Both the position numbers and the translations under genes were made by a program. This document shows positions 1 through 12,466 of a stretch of 64,000 nucleotides of DNA, piece by piece. The notes beneath the pieces were generated by a model that ran no database searches, was not told the DNA's origin, and was given only the letters and a program-made list of their open reading frames with translations. Source of the DNA: Sphaerodactylus townsendi (lineage: Eukaryota); contig NC_059436.1 in the NCBI RefSeq assembly GCF_021028975.2, forward strand, positions 26,846,001 through 26,910,000, given 5' to 3'. How positions within the stretch are numbered: position 1 is the stretch's first letter; each line of letters begins with the position of its first letter.

Positions 1-267
1 CAGGTGGATTCTAATCTGGAGAACTGGGTTTGATTCCCCACTCCTCCACCTGAGTGCAGAGGCTTATCTGGTGAGCCAGATGTGTTTCCGCACTCCTACA
101 TTCCTGCTGGGTGATCTTGGGCTAGTCACAGTTCTTTGGAACTCTCTCAGCCCCATCTACCTCACAAGGTGCCTCTTGTGAGGAGGGGAAGGGACAGGAG
201 CTTGTAAGCCACCTTGAGTCTCCTTACAGGACAGAAAGGTGGGGTATAAATCCAAACTCTTCTTCTA
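1..267 (+). mobile_element. Squam3-like tRNA SINE (5' end cut by window)
   Basis: Box B gggtttgattccc, shared body, ataaatccaaactcttcttct tail. Confidence 0.8.
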
Positions 268-2127
268 TTGCATGTCAAGCTACTGCACCGAGTGGTCTGA
301 GCCTTGTGCGTAGGCTTGACATGGCACTGGAAGTGCTTTGCAGCCCTTAAAATTCAACCTACTTTCACTGCCTGAGGTGGGTCTTCATTCTCTTACCATG
401 TGACCTGGCTTACCTGGTCACTTTAGATTTTGTAGCAATAATTCTTTGGCAGGGTTCCACATATTTTGACAAACTGTATCCTCCCAGATCTCCCTGGAAG
501 TAATAGTGACCCAAAGACCAATGATAAATTTTGAGCAAAGCTCATCTGGTTCTCAGTGACATAAAATGCCCATAGAGGTTAGTGCGCGAGTGGAAAATCC
601 TGGGGTGGATATCTGTTGAACTTGGATCAGGCATTCTTACCTTCAGTGTGCTCAAAATGGTGCATAGGCGAAATATTTCCAGTTATTCTCCGATTTACCT
701 TCTGGTTGGACCACACACTTTTTTCCTGCCTGTCATTTTTTAAAAAATCCCACTATTCCTCTAAGGAAGTTGAAGTTTACAAAGTCCACCCCTTTTCTTC
801 ATAACAATCCTGAGGGAAAGGTTAGGCTGAGCCATTGAGTCTCTGTCCCGAGGCCATTCACTGAGATTCAAGAGATGTAAATCAAGGCTTCTTGGTCCTG
901 GTATGACATTTGACCTCTCCATCACACTGGCTTTTATGGTGACATCCATTAAACCACTGCTACACTCATCACTGAAGAATCCACGTCTTCATTTCCACAC
1001 TTCAAAAAAATTTTTCTTAAAAAACACTTATGTGAAACACACATGCTTCATCGCAAATATCCATAAGTCCCGATTAAGTATTATTTCAATGGCCAGAAAT
1101 TCCCAGAATTCCTTGAGAATGAAGTCTAGGGACAGGCCCCTGAGTTTTATAACCACCAGTCTTATACCTCAACCCCAGCTATCAACCATCGTAAGGGTAG
1201 CAGTTCACAGCAGCACCTGTTTGGCAACCATGACAGGCACACAAAACGCTAACCCACAGTGCATTGTGTTTTGGGGCTCCTGTTCTGCATCTCGTTCTTA
1301 GCTGAGGAGGGACCAGTCCTCAAGGAAGCCAGATGGGTTTACCAGCACAGCCTTCCTGCCTCCTCTCAAGACGAGCACCCACTGATGTCTGAAGGATGCC
1401 CAGTGAATGAGCAAGCAGAAAGCTGGCTGGCTTGGGCAAGGGGCGTACACTCCACAGGGCCACATAGGTGACTACAAAAACATCCATCTCGGCCTGGATG
1501 TCCTACTCTCCTGCTGCCAACCGCTGCCCCTCCACCTACCCACCCAGTCAATACATCTCTCTCTCCGATGGGAAAGTTAATAAATTTAGCTCTAGATTAA
1601 AAGTATCGATCATTTCATTTGTAAATGATATATAAATAGGGGGCTCCACAGACGGCAGGCGAAGCAGAGGCTGGCTGGAGCTGCCATGGGGCTGGTGGGG
1701 GAGGCAAGAACCCCTCATCTACATTCTGCCCTGCTGTGGGCATTGATTTCCTATTAGTCTCCCTGCACCACCCAATAGCCCATCATTCCAGGATCTGCTA
1801 TTAATGGCCTTTTGATAAATAATCACTTGTAAGTCAATAAATTTTTATTAAAGAGTGTGGTGCTTTGATTTATGAAAATCCGACGGGGTTTGTCTGGGAG
1901 AAAAGGAATGTGGAATTGAAATGGAGACACCATCCATCCGGCTGCCACCTTCCTTCTCTCACACCCCCTTTGGCTGTCCGCTCAGCTCTCGCCACCCACA
2001 ACGAGAACCAAATCTTTGCTTTCCAGCCTGGCCGTAGCTCAGCTAAACTTTGCCTTGAACTACAAAGCCCGTTCAATAAGTGAAAGTACCAAACTGTGCT
2101 CAGGCTAAGAGTTTTGTGCTACAAAAC

Positions 2128-2452
2128 AGCAGTGGTGTAGGAGGTTAAGAGCTCGTGTATCTAATCTGGAGGAACCGGGTTTGATTCCCAGCTCTGCCGC
2201 CTGAACTGTGGAGGCTTATCTGGGGAATTCAGATTAGCCTGTACACTCCCACACACGCTAGCTGGGTGACCTTGGGCTAGTCACAGCTCTTCGGAGCTCT
2301 CTCAGCCCCACTTACCTCACAGGGTGTTTGTTGTGAGGGGGGAAGGGCAAGGAGATTGTCAGCCCCTTTGAGTCTCCTGCAGGAGAGAAAGGGGGAATAT
2401 AAATCCAAACTCCTCCTCCTCCTCCTCCTCCTCCTCCTCTTCTTCTTCTTCT
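2128..2452 (+). mobile_element. Squam3-like tRNA SINE, full length, (CCT)n(CTT)n tail
   Basis: Pol III box A/B head; near-identical to copies at 12170 and 40417. Confidence 0.85.
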
Positions 2453-4905
2453 ACTCGAATGACTGCAGTTCAAACAGCTGGGACATAAAGTAAGAAGGTG
2501 CAAACTTGAGAGGCACACAAAGCTCTTCTGCAGGCATCAAGGCCTGGGTGCTCAGTCTCCAGTTTGGTTATTTGTGTGTGAAACCGCTACTCAGAGGCCC
2601 AGAATGGATAACAGAATGTGGCATTAAGATAAGAAGAAAATCATCTTAGAAAAGAGAGGTGCTAAATCCTTGGCCCAAACTACCAAGACTGCTAAAATAA
2701 AAAGGACTCCCCCAGCTATCTCCCCAGCTTTGAAAAGATGTCCAGACTTTTGTGAGTTTGCAGAAATAACTGCTTAGAGACTTTGGAAATTAAGTCATCT
2801 TAGAGTGACCCAGGTTTACAGCAGTAACAGCTTGCTTTAGGCGCAGGCGTTCCAGATGTTCGTGGACTACAATTCCCATCAGCCCTTGCCAGCACGGCCA
2901 ATCATAGTCCATGAAACTGTAGTCCATGAACATCTGGAACACCATAGGTTGGCCACCCCTAGGGGATCAGAAACTGGTGGCCTGTAGCTGCCCAGGAGGC
3001 ACCATCTGACCTCCAGTTGCCAACATGGACACAAGATGTCTGTGTTTATAATCGGGGGCTGCAGCCATGCAGCTTTCTGGCAACATTAAGTTGGCCATGT
3101 TTTGAACTGATGCTGGCAGGGGATGATGGGAACTGTAGTCCATAACATCTGGAGGGGTGCGAGTTGGACACCTATGCTTGATGCAGCCTGGAAATCTCCA
3201 GTAATTACAACTGATCTCCAGACTGCAGAGATCAGGAAAAGGCTGCTTTGGAGGGTGGAGTCTAGGGCATTACCAGTATGTGCCCTCACCATAATCTACC
3301 CTTTCCAGGCACCAACCCCAAATCTCCAGGAATTTCCCAACCCAAAGTTAGCAACTCTAGCTGGCTGCCTGCTTCTTGTCTTTCGTTTCCCCTGCCCATT
3401 TTCCTTTCTGCCTTGAGGACCTAAACTACCATGCAAGTAGACACATCCTCTGAAGCTTACCTCACAGTAACTCAGAGGTGGGCTATTCATTGGCCAGGGA
3501 GGACAGTGGGGTAAAAGCCAGCCTTTTCCTCTATGGCACCAGGGAAACAAGGGCCGAGCTGGGCCAGCCAGCCCTTCAGATGCCATTTGTCATTTCCCCC
3601 GGCTGCATGAGGCCCCTTTGCCACCTGCTGAATTTTTCTTCCTGCACTGACGGCATGGCAGACAGGTGTTAAACTACTTAATCACTTTAAAATTGTTTTA
3701 ATTTTCTGTTTCGTATTGATCTCCCCAGCACCAATTAATCAGCTCACTGGACCAGGCAGTTAGTACATTAAAAATTGTCAGCTACGCCAAACAGCTTAGA
3801 AAATGTCAAAAACATATTCCAGCCGTAGATGCTGAGCAGGCCAGAGGCCTTCCCACTGCTGGTTGCCAGGGAAGAGAGGATGCTTCTGGGACCAGCACCT
3901 GCCCTGACTTTCAAAAGAACAGTGGGCTGCTCCAGTTCTAAGAATGCTGACCTGCCAACACCGCTTAACTTCTCAGGACAAGCTAAAAAGACCCTTTGGA
4001 TAGCGGCAAAAAGATGACACATGAACCTTCTCTTTTGACAAATGTTCTTTCTGCAGCTGAACACTACCTGCAAAACTATTCACAAGGCTTAGAAAACAGG
4101 AATATATTACTTCTGGTTGAAAAATCTAATTGAATCATTTGCATGAGGTAGCTTTGCATGGATTCATTGTGCCTCTTGCCCTTCCCTCCTTTATTTTAAT
4201 CACTGTTTTTTCTATAAAAATTGGCACTTTCGAACCAAGTTTTAAAAAAATAGAATTGTCCTTCCTCTTCGGTTTTACTGTAGAATCCCAAAACATCCCT
4301 CCCAAATGCTTCCACAGCACTTAGGAAACTCATATATATGTAGTTCAAGACTTCCTGATTACAAGCAAAATCTGAAATGGATGGTGTTTGTATATCTGAT
4401 AGCAAAAATTCAAGGCACGGCTTTTACCTGAAAACGAAGGCCAGGATTTCAACCTAGACTAGAGCAAGTTGCTAAGTCATGCATAGAATAAACTGCCATT
4501 CCTTTTTCATCATATGAATTGGGGCAAGAGACCCACAACTTAGAAACGGGAAATGCTGAACATGCAAGAAAAGGGAAGGTTGTGGGGTGCTGGCTTAAAA
4601 TATTGTAACAATCCTCAGCCCCATGGAAGGGAAACGTTACTTGGCAGTTTGAAACATATCTGTGCTTGCCAATGAAACCTGAATTCCCCCCCCCCCCCGA
4701 GAAAAGAACACTTCCCAAATCACTAGAGTACTTCTACAACAGAAAATTGAAATGTGGTAAACATGTACTCCAGAACATTTCAAGAGTTAGAAAATGTTTA
4801 ACGGCTGGAAGTCTAGATGTACACCCTGGACAGTGACCAGCCTTTCAACCTACAGAAAGAACATGCCCTTCAAAATATGTGTGTTTTTTTTCCATCTGAA
4901 TGCTA

Positions 4906-5137
4906 CCGTGTTTCCCCGAAAATAAGACAGTGTCTTATATTAATTTTTGCTCCCAAAGATGCGCTATGTCTTATTTTCAAGGGATGTCTTATTTTTCTGT
5001 GTTCTGTTCGTCATGCATGCTTCCAAACAAAAACTTTGCTACGTCTTACTTTCAGGGAATGCCTTATATTTTGCACTTCAGCAAAACCTCTTCTACATCT
5101 TATTTTCAGGGGATGTCTTATATTCGGGGAAACAGGG
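4906..5137. mobile_element. Tc1/mariner-superfamily (pogo/Tigger/Tc2-like) MITE
   Basis: TIRs CCGTGTTTCCCCGAAAATAAG / CTTATATTCGGGGAAACAGGG, TA flanks, internal tcttattttcaggg repeats. Confidence 0.8.
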
Positions 5138-5287
5138 TAGAAAAAATATAGGGAGTCACTCTTGGTGCCTAGGAATTAGCTGAATCTCTGGGAATGATTG
5201 TTGCCACAGGACCAAGGGAGAGACATGGTGACTCTGCCCTCTTATTCCCACAGCTAAGAGCAGCTCTTGACTCAGACGGCCTGGACT

Positions 5288-5455
5288 AGACCAATTTCAT
5301 CAGATCTCAGAAGCTAAGTAGGATCATATTTGGATGGGAGACTACCAAGAAAGTCCAGAGTTGCTACACAGAGGAAAACAATGGCTAATCACTTCTTTTT
5401 GTCTCATGTCTTGAAGACCCTCCAGGGTCACCATAAGTCAGGTGCTACTTGAGAG
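5288..5455 (+). mobile_element. 5S rRNA-derived SINE (5S-Sauria-like), degenerate
   Basis: 5S-like gatctcagaagctaag...ttggatgggagac head followed by a BovB/Sauria-type gaggaaaacaatggc tail. Confidence 0.7.
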
Positions 5456-5499
5456 CCTTTCCAGCACAAAAGTGCAAATAGGGAACCGTGGTGCCCCTG

Positions 5500-7012
5500 G
5501 ACTGTTCAATAAGGAGACTTAATATTCAGACCGCAGCTTGGTCAAGACAGACAGTACCAACAGCATATTCTGCTCCAGAGTCTCCGTGCAAATCAGCACA
5601 TCATCCAAGTAAACTACAACTCCTCTATATAAATGTTCATGCAATACCTCATTAATCAAGTTCATGAACACCCCTGATGCACCACTCAACTCGAAGGGCG
5701 TAACGAGTTACTCAAACAGGCCGAGTTGTGAATTGAAACTTGTCTTCCATTCATCACCTTTGCGGATTTTGACCCTATAATAAGCCTCTCTCAAGTCCAA
5801 CTTGGTAAATACTTTCCCTTTAGCCAGACACGCCAACAAGTCCTTAATAAGTGGGCAGGGATAACTGTTAGTCATGGAGATGGCATTTAAACCCCGGTAA
5901 TCCATGCACAATGGCAGGGTACCATCCTCCTTTTCTGAAAGAGTACAGGAGCTGCCATGGGGGAAGAGGTGGGTCGTATTAACATATGCCTCAAATTCTT
6001 GTCTAGGAATTCCTTGAGCACTTCCAACTATCTTGGGCTCATGGGGTATAACTTCCCCTCGGTAAGCTTCGCTCCCTTCCCCTGCTCAATTCCACAGTCT
6101 GACTTGTGATGGGGAGAGAGAGCGTCACACTCAATCTCGTTGGATACCTCCTTTAAATCATGGTACTCTCAGGATATGGTTTCAAGTTCCTCTGTAGTCA
6201 GCAGAGCCAGAATTGACTCTGAGGCTGGGGGACCCCACTCACCAGGGAAGACCCCACCCACCAGGATCTTCCAACAATGGATGTCACAAAAAGTAGAGGA
6301 AAATGCAACCATCCCCTGACTCCATTTAATGTCTGGATCACGTCTTGCCAGCCATGTCAGTCCCGGAACCAGTGAATACTTTGCCACTGTTGCCACTATA
6401 AATTGGATCCACTCTCAGCCAACACGGGCTCAATTACTTGAGACATGAGGGGCCCGGCCATCACCTGCCCACCCATCTGTTCGAACAAAATTGGGTGTTT
6501 CAGGTTCAGAAGATGTAAGCCCAGTCCTGTGGCTACTGCAGGGTTAATCAAGCAGCAACCACAGCAACATAGCCCGCAAAGTCACACAGGTCTCTTTCTG
6601 CGTACTCCGTAAGTTTAACTTGAGCAATAAAGGTCACCCGTGCCTTGCTTTCCTACCTGGTCTTTGATGCCATCTAGGTGAGGTTGGCCCACTTTCGCTG
6701 CAGCCAACTCCTCATCCATCAGGTCCTTGCCTGAGGTCTCACTCTCCAGTACAGAACCTGACATGGTGGTCCCCAAGGTAATCTGCAAGGTGGGTTCCAC
6801 CCTCCTCCCAGTTGGCTTAGGCAGAGTCTTCTTCTTTTTCATCCCTTCCCCTGCACTCACATATACCTCATGGCTCCTCAGGCTTCTCCGGGAAAACGAG
6901 ACTAAGAGACAAAAAATAATACCTGGGGGAGGAAGCAGTCCATGGAGAGAGAATCCCACTTCCCGCCTGGGAGACACGGCAGGATTGGGCCAGAACTGGG
7001 CAGATCATGACA
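5500..7012 (-). mobile_element. Degenerate, internally deleted Ty3/Gypsy LTR retrotransposon (5' LTR start, gag/protease remnants, RT)
   Basis: RT motifs [31 protein letters not shown] (5600-5611) with stops and frameshifts; TGTCATGA LTR-like start at 7012. Confidence 0.88.
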
Positions 7013-8194
7013 GGAACCCAGTTTTGCTCCCTGAAACAGGGTATGGGTTGAAGGATTAAATTTCTTTTCCAGTTTCTGCATGGCCCAGTTCCTAACGGCA
7101 GCTGCAGAGACATGTGCATAGTTGACCTTTTACAGACTGCCCCCAAACCCTGATCTTTATTAGATGTGGGACAGAGTCCAGGCATAGGAATTTCTCTTTT
7201 GCTTATTTTAAAAGCCCCCAGTCTGTACTGGAGAGGGATTTCATCTGGTGGCCTAGAAAGTAGCAATGTTTATAAAATGCAAGCTCTGTACTTCTTTGTA
7301 TTTATCCAACCAATGCTCTGGAGACAAGAATGTGTTAGTCTAGGGCAGAAGTGATATTACAACAGGCAGCAAGAGCAGGCCTAAGGAGACGCAGGAAGGT
7401 TGCTCTGGGCTGGGAGTGGGGAACAGTCCCAGTACACACAGAGCTCCCCACCCCCTTCATTAATTAATTGTTGTATGATGTCCCTTATCTCCCATTGATT
7501 TTCCTTGCTGGGACTCCGCAGCTCTGTTTGTTTCCAGCCAGCTGCCGCAGAGCTCTTGTCCCTCAAATCAAACTGGTTTTTCTCCTTTCTGCAGACCTAC
7601 TTATGTAACTGTTGGTGGCTGATATTTTTCAAGGGACTTTTGAACATCGATTGCACAACGTTATTTCTATAACCAATGTATTAACGGTCACCATGTCCTC
7701 AGACAATGTTATCCTTATGACCTCAGATTCATTGGATGCATACATAAATGGCATCATGCCCAGCAGTGATCATTCGACCTAATTTGCATGCTGCTTTGTG
7801 GTTTTTCTAGACCTTAACTAGGCCCCAAACTAGATTTTGAGCATGCTGACGTACGTATTTTCTTTTAGAGCTGTCGGCCTCCATCTGGGCACTAGAGATC
7901 TCCCAAAATTCCAGTTGATCTCTGGACACAGTCATTAGTCCCCTGGAGAAAATGGCTTTAGAGGGTGGATTCAAGAATTGTTCCCTGCTACTCAAACCCC
8001 CCCTTCTCCAGTGTCCACCTCCAAATCTCCAGGAATTTCCTAACCTGGAGTTGGCAACTATGCCATCTAACATTTTATTTATTTGGTACATTTTAATCTC
8101 AGACTTTTCTCCAAGTTGGGATTTGCCACCTTTTCTTAGTGAGAGCTACTTCAGAATAATAGAAAAATATGCTGACTCAAAAATCTATTAAAGC

Positions 8195-8768
8195 CAGTGG
8201 TGGGATCCAAAAATTTTAGTAACAGGTTCCCATGGTGGTGGGGTTCAAACAGTGTAGCACCAATGGGGCTGGGCGGGGCACGACGGGGGGTGGTGGGGTG
8301 GGGCATTAATAATTTCTCTGTTACTGTTAAAAACTCTTACTGTAAAAAAAAGTTCCTAATTTCCAGGTGGTATCTTTCTGTCCATAATTTAAACTCATTA
8401 TAGCAAGTCCTATCGTCTACTGCCAACAGAACAACTACTTCTCCTCTAATTGACTGCCTGTCAAATACTTAATACTTTCAAATACTTAATTTTGTTTCTA
8501 GAAATCAAAAGAAGGATACTTTCCTTAAACAAGGAACTTTACCATATTTCTGAAACATGTTTTTAAAACAGCCCAACAGGGAGAATTATCTCCTGTTTTC
8601 TACCTTCGCTAACCAGCCACATAGGAAACAACAGGACTTTATGATTTTTGGACCTAATGGAATTTCTAACGGAAAAGCAGACCCAATTAGTAACCCACTC
8701 TTGGCACACACAAATAATTAGTAACCCACTCTCGGGAACTGGTGAGAACCTGCTGGATCCCACCTCTG
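8195..8768. mobile_element. Non-autonomous hAT DNA transposon
   Basis: TIRs CAGTGGTGGGATCC / GGATCCCACCTCTG; perfect 8-bp TSD ATTAAAGC. Confidence 0.9.
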
Positions 8769-9409
8769 ATTAAAGCCATAGAGTTTCAGGTGAATCCCAG
8801 AGCATCTTTCTTCCCGTTACCCAGACAGGAGTGACAGATTGGTATTGACAGACACCATTACGTTTGGCCCAATCCAAATCACAACTGCACACATATGCAA
8901 TTTACTTTTCACAGATAGACAGAAATCTGTGACTTTCATCACAGTTGTTCTGGATCTCAGTGAACACTAAGGCAAGTGGAAGCTAGCATGTTGTCAAGAA
9001 ACAGGTACTGGGGATCAAAGCACCGGACAACAAGCCATTGCTATGTTCATATCAGGAACTGTGTTCGATGTTCCCTTCCCAAATCTGGAAACTGGCAACC
9101 TGGTTCTAAAACTTTCAGAGTGATGTGGCTGACATTTCAAAGTTCCACTGCTCAGAGACAGGGCTCCAGCTCAGAAACTGCTGTTTAAAAAATAACCTGC
9201 TTCTTTCTACTGTCCATTGTCCTCATTTTTCTCCCTTTTCTCCTCCATAGTGATTAATGGCAAAACATGCTTTACTGTCTGAGGCTTCCAGGCACCAAAT
9301 CAATCAGAAACTGTAGCGGTTCCACCCTGGCCAACTTATCGCCCTCACTAAGCCTTCAGAAAACAGAAACATAATTTAACATCAGTTTATGGACAGATAT
9401 GGTTTAGAG

Positions 9410-9557
9410 CAGGGGTAGGGAACCTGCGGCTCTCCAGATGTTCAGGAACTACAATTCCCATCAGCCTCTGTCAGCATGGCCAATTGGCCATGCTGGCAGG
9501 GGCTGATGGGAATTGTAGTTCCTGAACATCTGGAGAGCCGCAGGTTCCCTACCCCTG
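9410..9557. mobile_element. Fully palindromic hAT (Buster/Charlie-type) MITE
   Basis: 148-bp near-perfect palindrome centred on TGGCCAATTGGCCA; TIR CAGGGGTAGGGAACC; TSD GTTTAGAG. Confidence 0.92.
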
Positions 9558-12169
9558 GTTTAGAGGAATACTCCTTCTGTGCCCCTTGTCCAGGCTGTGC
9601 CCAATCCAATGTCAGTGCCCCTACCAACTGCCTTCCTATTCTAGTTGCAAAACTGCAAACAGGTTCTTCGCAAGGTTTGTTGCACTCACATACACTTTGT
9701 GGCTCCACGGGCAGGGCAGAAGTGTGAGCAAACACTCCACTGCTATTGACACACCATCAATCCTGTAGCCCTGACAACTCAATGGGTTTTTGCTGCTCAC
9801 CCCAAGATAAATTGAGATTGATCAGGTGCTAATATGTTCCAGCAAGAGGCCCTAATGAGGGACTTTTGAACTGACACTTTGGGTGACTTTCACAGCCTGA
9901 AAGAAAAATCACTCTGTGCAGACTGTCTGGCAAAGGAAACCTGTCTCTTCTCGAGATTGCTGTTTGGGCTGCATGACCAGGTGGAAGGAAGTTCTTTCCA
10001 GGGACTCCACAAAGAATGGATTGATATCTGCCAATTTTTTTGTTATCGGCAGACAAGTGGAGCCAGTCGGATTGAGCCACACCAAAGGGTCTGACAGCAA
10101 AGGAAACCAGGACAGCCCCAAAATATTCAGTCAGAAAATCTAAATAACTTCTGTTTCCAGGGAATATGAGACCCAATCCACTGGGAAGTTCTCTTGTTCA
10201 AGGCCTACTGAAACAACCAGGAGCAACCACAACAGTGTCCTCCTCCATATTAAAAATATCAACAATGACAGGGAAAAGCGAAACCCCAAACTCTTCCCCA
10301 TTTTTCACCATGTTTTTGTGAGGGATTAGACCACATTTCAAAATATAAGTATCCCCATTTTGATTTTTCTCCTCCTTTTGAGAAAAACAAACCTATGGCT
10401 TCACACCAGTTTCTCCTCATGCCAAATTTCCCACTTCAATGTTAGCACAATTTTCCATGACATTTTGGCATAGATCGGGTAAAAATTGCATAAAGCAGTT
10501 GACGCTATTGAATTTGAAACTGACAACTTGGAATAAAAGAGAACACATTCACTCATTACACGTCTATTTCAGTACCCATAATCTACACACATCACAACCG
10601 CTGGGTGAGATTGGAGGAAACTGAATCCACTGGAGTCAGCCCATATGGTACTCCAACTTTTATGGCAGGTTCTGCTCTATGATCTTTCTACGTTGCTTAA
10701 AGGCCCTTTATTTAAATTGGTGGCAAGTAGAATTGAAATGGAGGTTCTGCACATTACAATATCCCCAGTAAAAATCAGTAATGCAAGTCCCGACAGGCAA
10801 GATTTGGGGGTTGGGGGGGGTTGGGGGGGGTAAAAAAATCAACTACACTCAGCAAATGTCCCAAGTCGCTCTGCAAATGTCACTTCCGCTACTTCTAGCT
10901 GAACTGCTTAATTCATTTCTCCCTCTTCACTTGTGGGGCCCTGGCATTGCTGAACTGATTAATAATCTGTTTCTGTTCCTAAAATGTGGGGTCTTCACTA
11001 CTTTTGCCTTTTCAGCAAAAGTAACTGTTTGTTTTATCTTTGTCATAACCATACCAATTATAAGTCGAAGATAACAATTTTAATAAAATAACGAAAACAC
11101 TTGCAGCCAAAGAAAAAAGCAACATTTAAAGTCTCCCCTTTCTCACATTCCATTCAGGCATTCCAGGGCACTTGAATAAAAACAAAATAATTACATACAA
11201 GTATTAGAAGCCACTTTAAAGCAACCGAGGCAAAGATGATCGAAAAGAAGTCTGAATAACTGTTTTTCTCTTTGACTGCAAAGTGTGTTCATTCATATTT
11301 TTATTTTTCCTGGGTTATTTCCTTAAAAATTATTGTAATTGCACAATTATTATTGTCACAAAAATATACAAATCACTTCCATAGCTAATTAAAACAAGAG
11401 CAATTAAAGTCTTTCCCTCTCTAGAAAAAAAAGGGTCCTTCCAGGGTTATCTAGGGAGCCACAGCACCACAAGTGAACAGGAAATAGTTAAGTGCAAATA
11501 ACTGGGAGCTACAAAACAATATGGACAAACAGAATGTAAAGGGACACTAGCTCCAGGACACAGTGAGAATGCACATGGGGATGTCTGGAGCTGCAGCTGC
11601 ATTTTAAGTGAAACAATTTCCACAAATGAGTTCAGGAAAAAAAGATGACAATATGACAAAAGGCTTAACTTAAGCCATTGCATTCCTTCCCAAAATCAGG
11701 GCACCAAAACTGCATGGACTAATTCAAGTAATTTCATAATAAGTAGTTGGTATGAAACCAAATTTTGGTTCCCATTGACTGCGTACCTTCTTGAGCACTA
11801 AAGAAAGTTTGGTGGGGAACAGCATGGGCTGTACTCAAATAATGGCTCAGGGCTTGGAGACAGGGTGGCCTCACTCTACGACCAGGGACAGACAAAACAG
11901 AGGAGACCCGACTCTTCTGCATCCCACAAATGGCCCACACTGCAATTAGCTCTAGGCTTTGGCCTGAGCGCACTGCAGATCCCTCTAGAGCAATGAAAAT
12001 AAAATCGGCCCTTTGATTGTTCCAGCTTTGGCGTTGGTCAGCTCCCTTTATTACACATCTGCAGATGGTGTGTGGAAATAGGCAGAGTTCCCAGACAATC
12101 AACCATCAAACTCAAACTGCTTAGCTTCAACAAGTTACCACAATGAGAAATACTTTAAACACTGAAATA

Positions 12170-12466
12170 AGAAGAAGAGTTTGGATTTATATCCCCCCTT
12201 TCTCTCCTGCAGGAGACTCAAAGGGGCTTACAATCTCCTTGCCCTTCCCCCCTCACAACAAACACCCTGTGAGGTAGGTGGGGCTGAGAGAGCTCTGAGA
12301 AGCTGTGACTAGCCCAAGGTCACCCAGCTGGCGTGTGTGGGAGTGTACAGGCTAATCTGAATTCCCCAGATAAGCCTCCACAGCTCAGGTGGCAGAGCTG
12401 GGAATCAAACTCGGTTCCTCCAGATTAGATACATGAGCTCTTAACCTCCTAAGCCACTGCTGCTCC
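12170..12466 (-). mobile_element. Squam3-like tRNA SINE
   Basis: Reverse complement of the 2128 copy; aaataaga direct repeat at both flanks. Confidence 0.85.

Noticed and set aside
5288-5370. 5S rRNA or tRNA genes
   Set aside because: All Pol III-like heads are degenerate and fused to SINE bodies.
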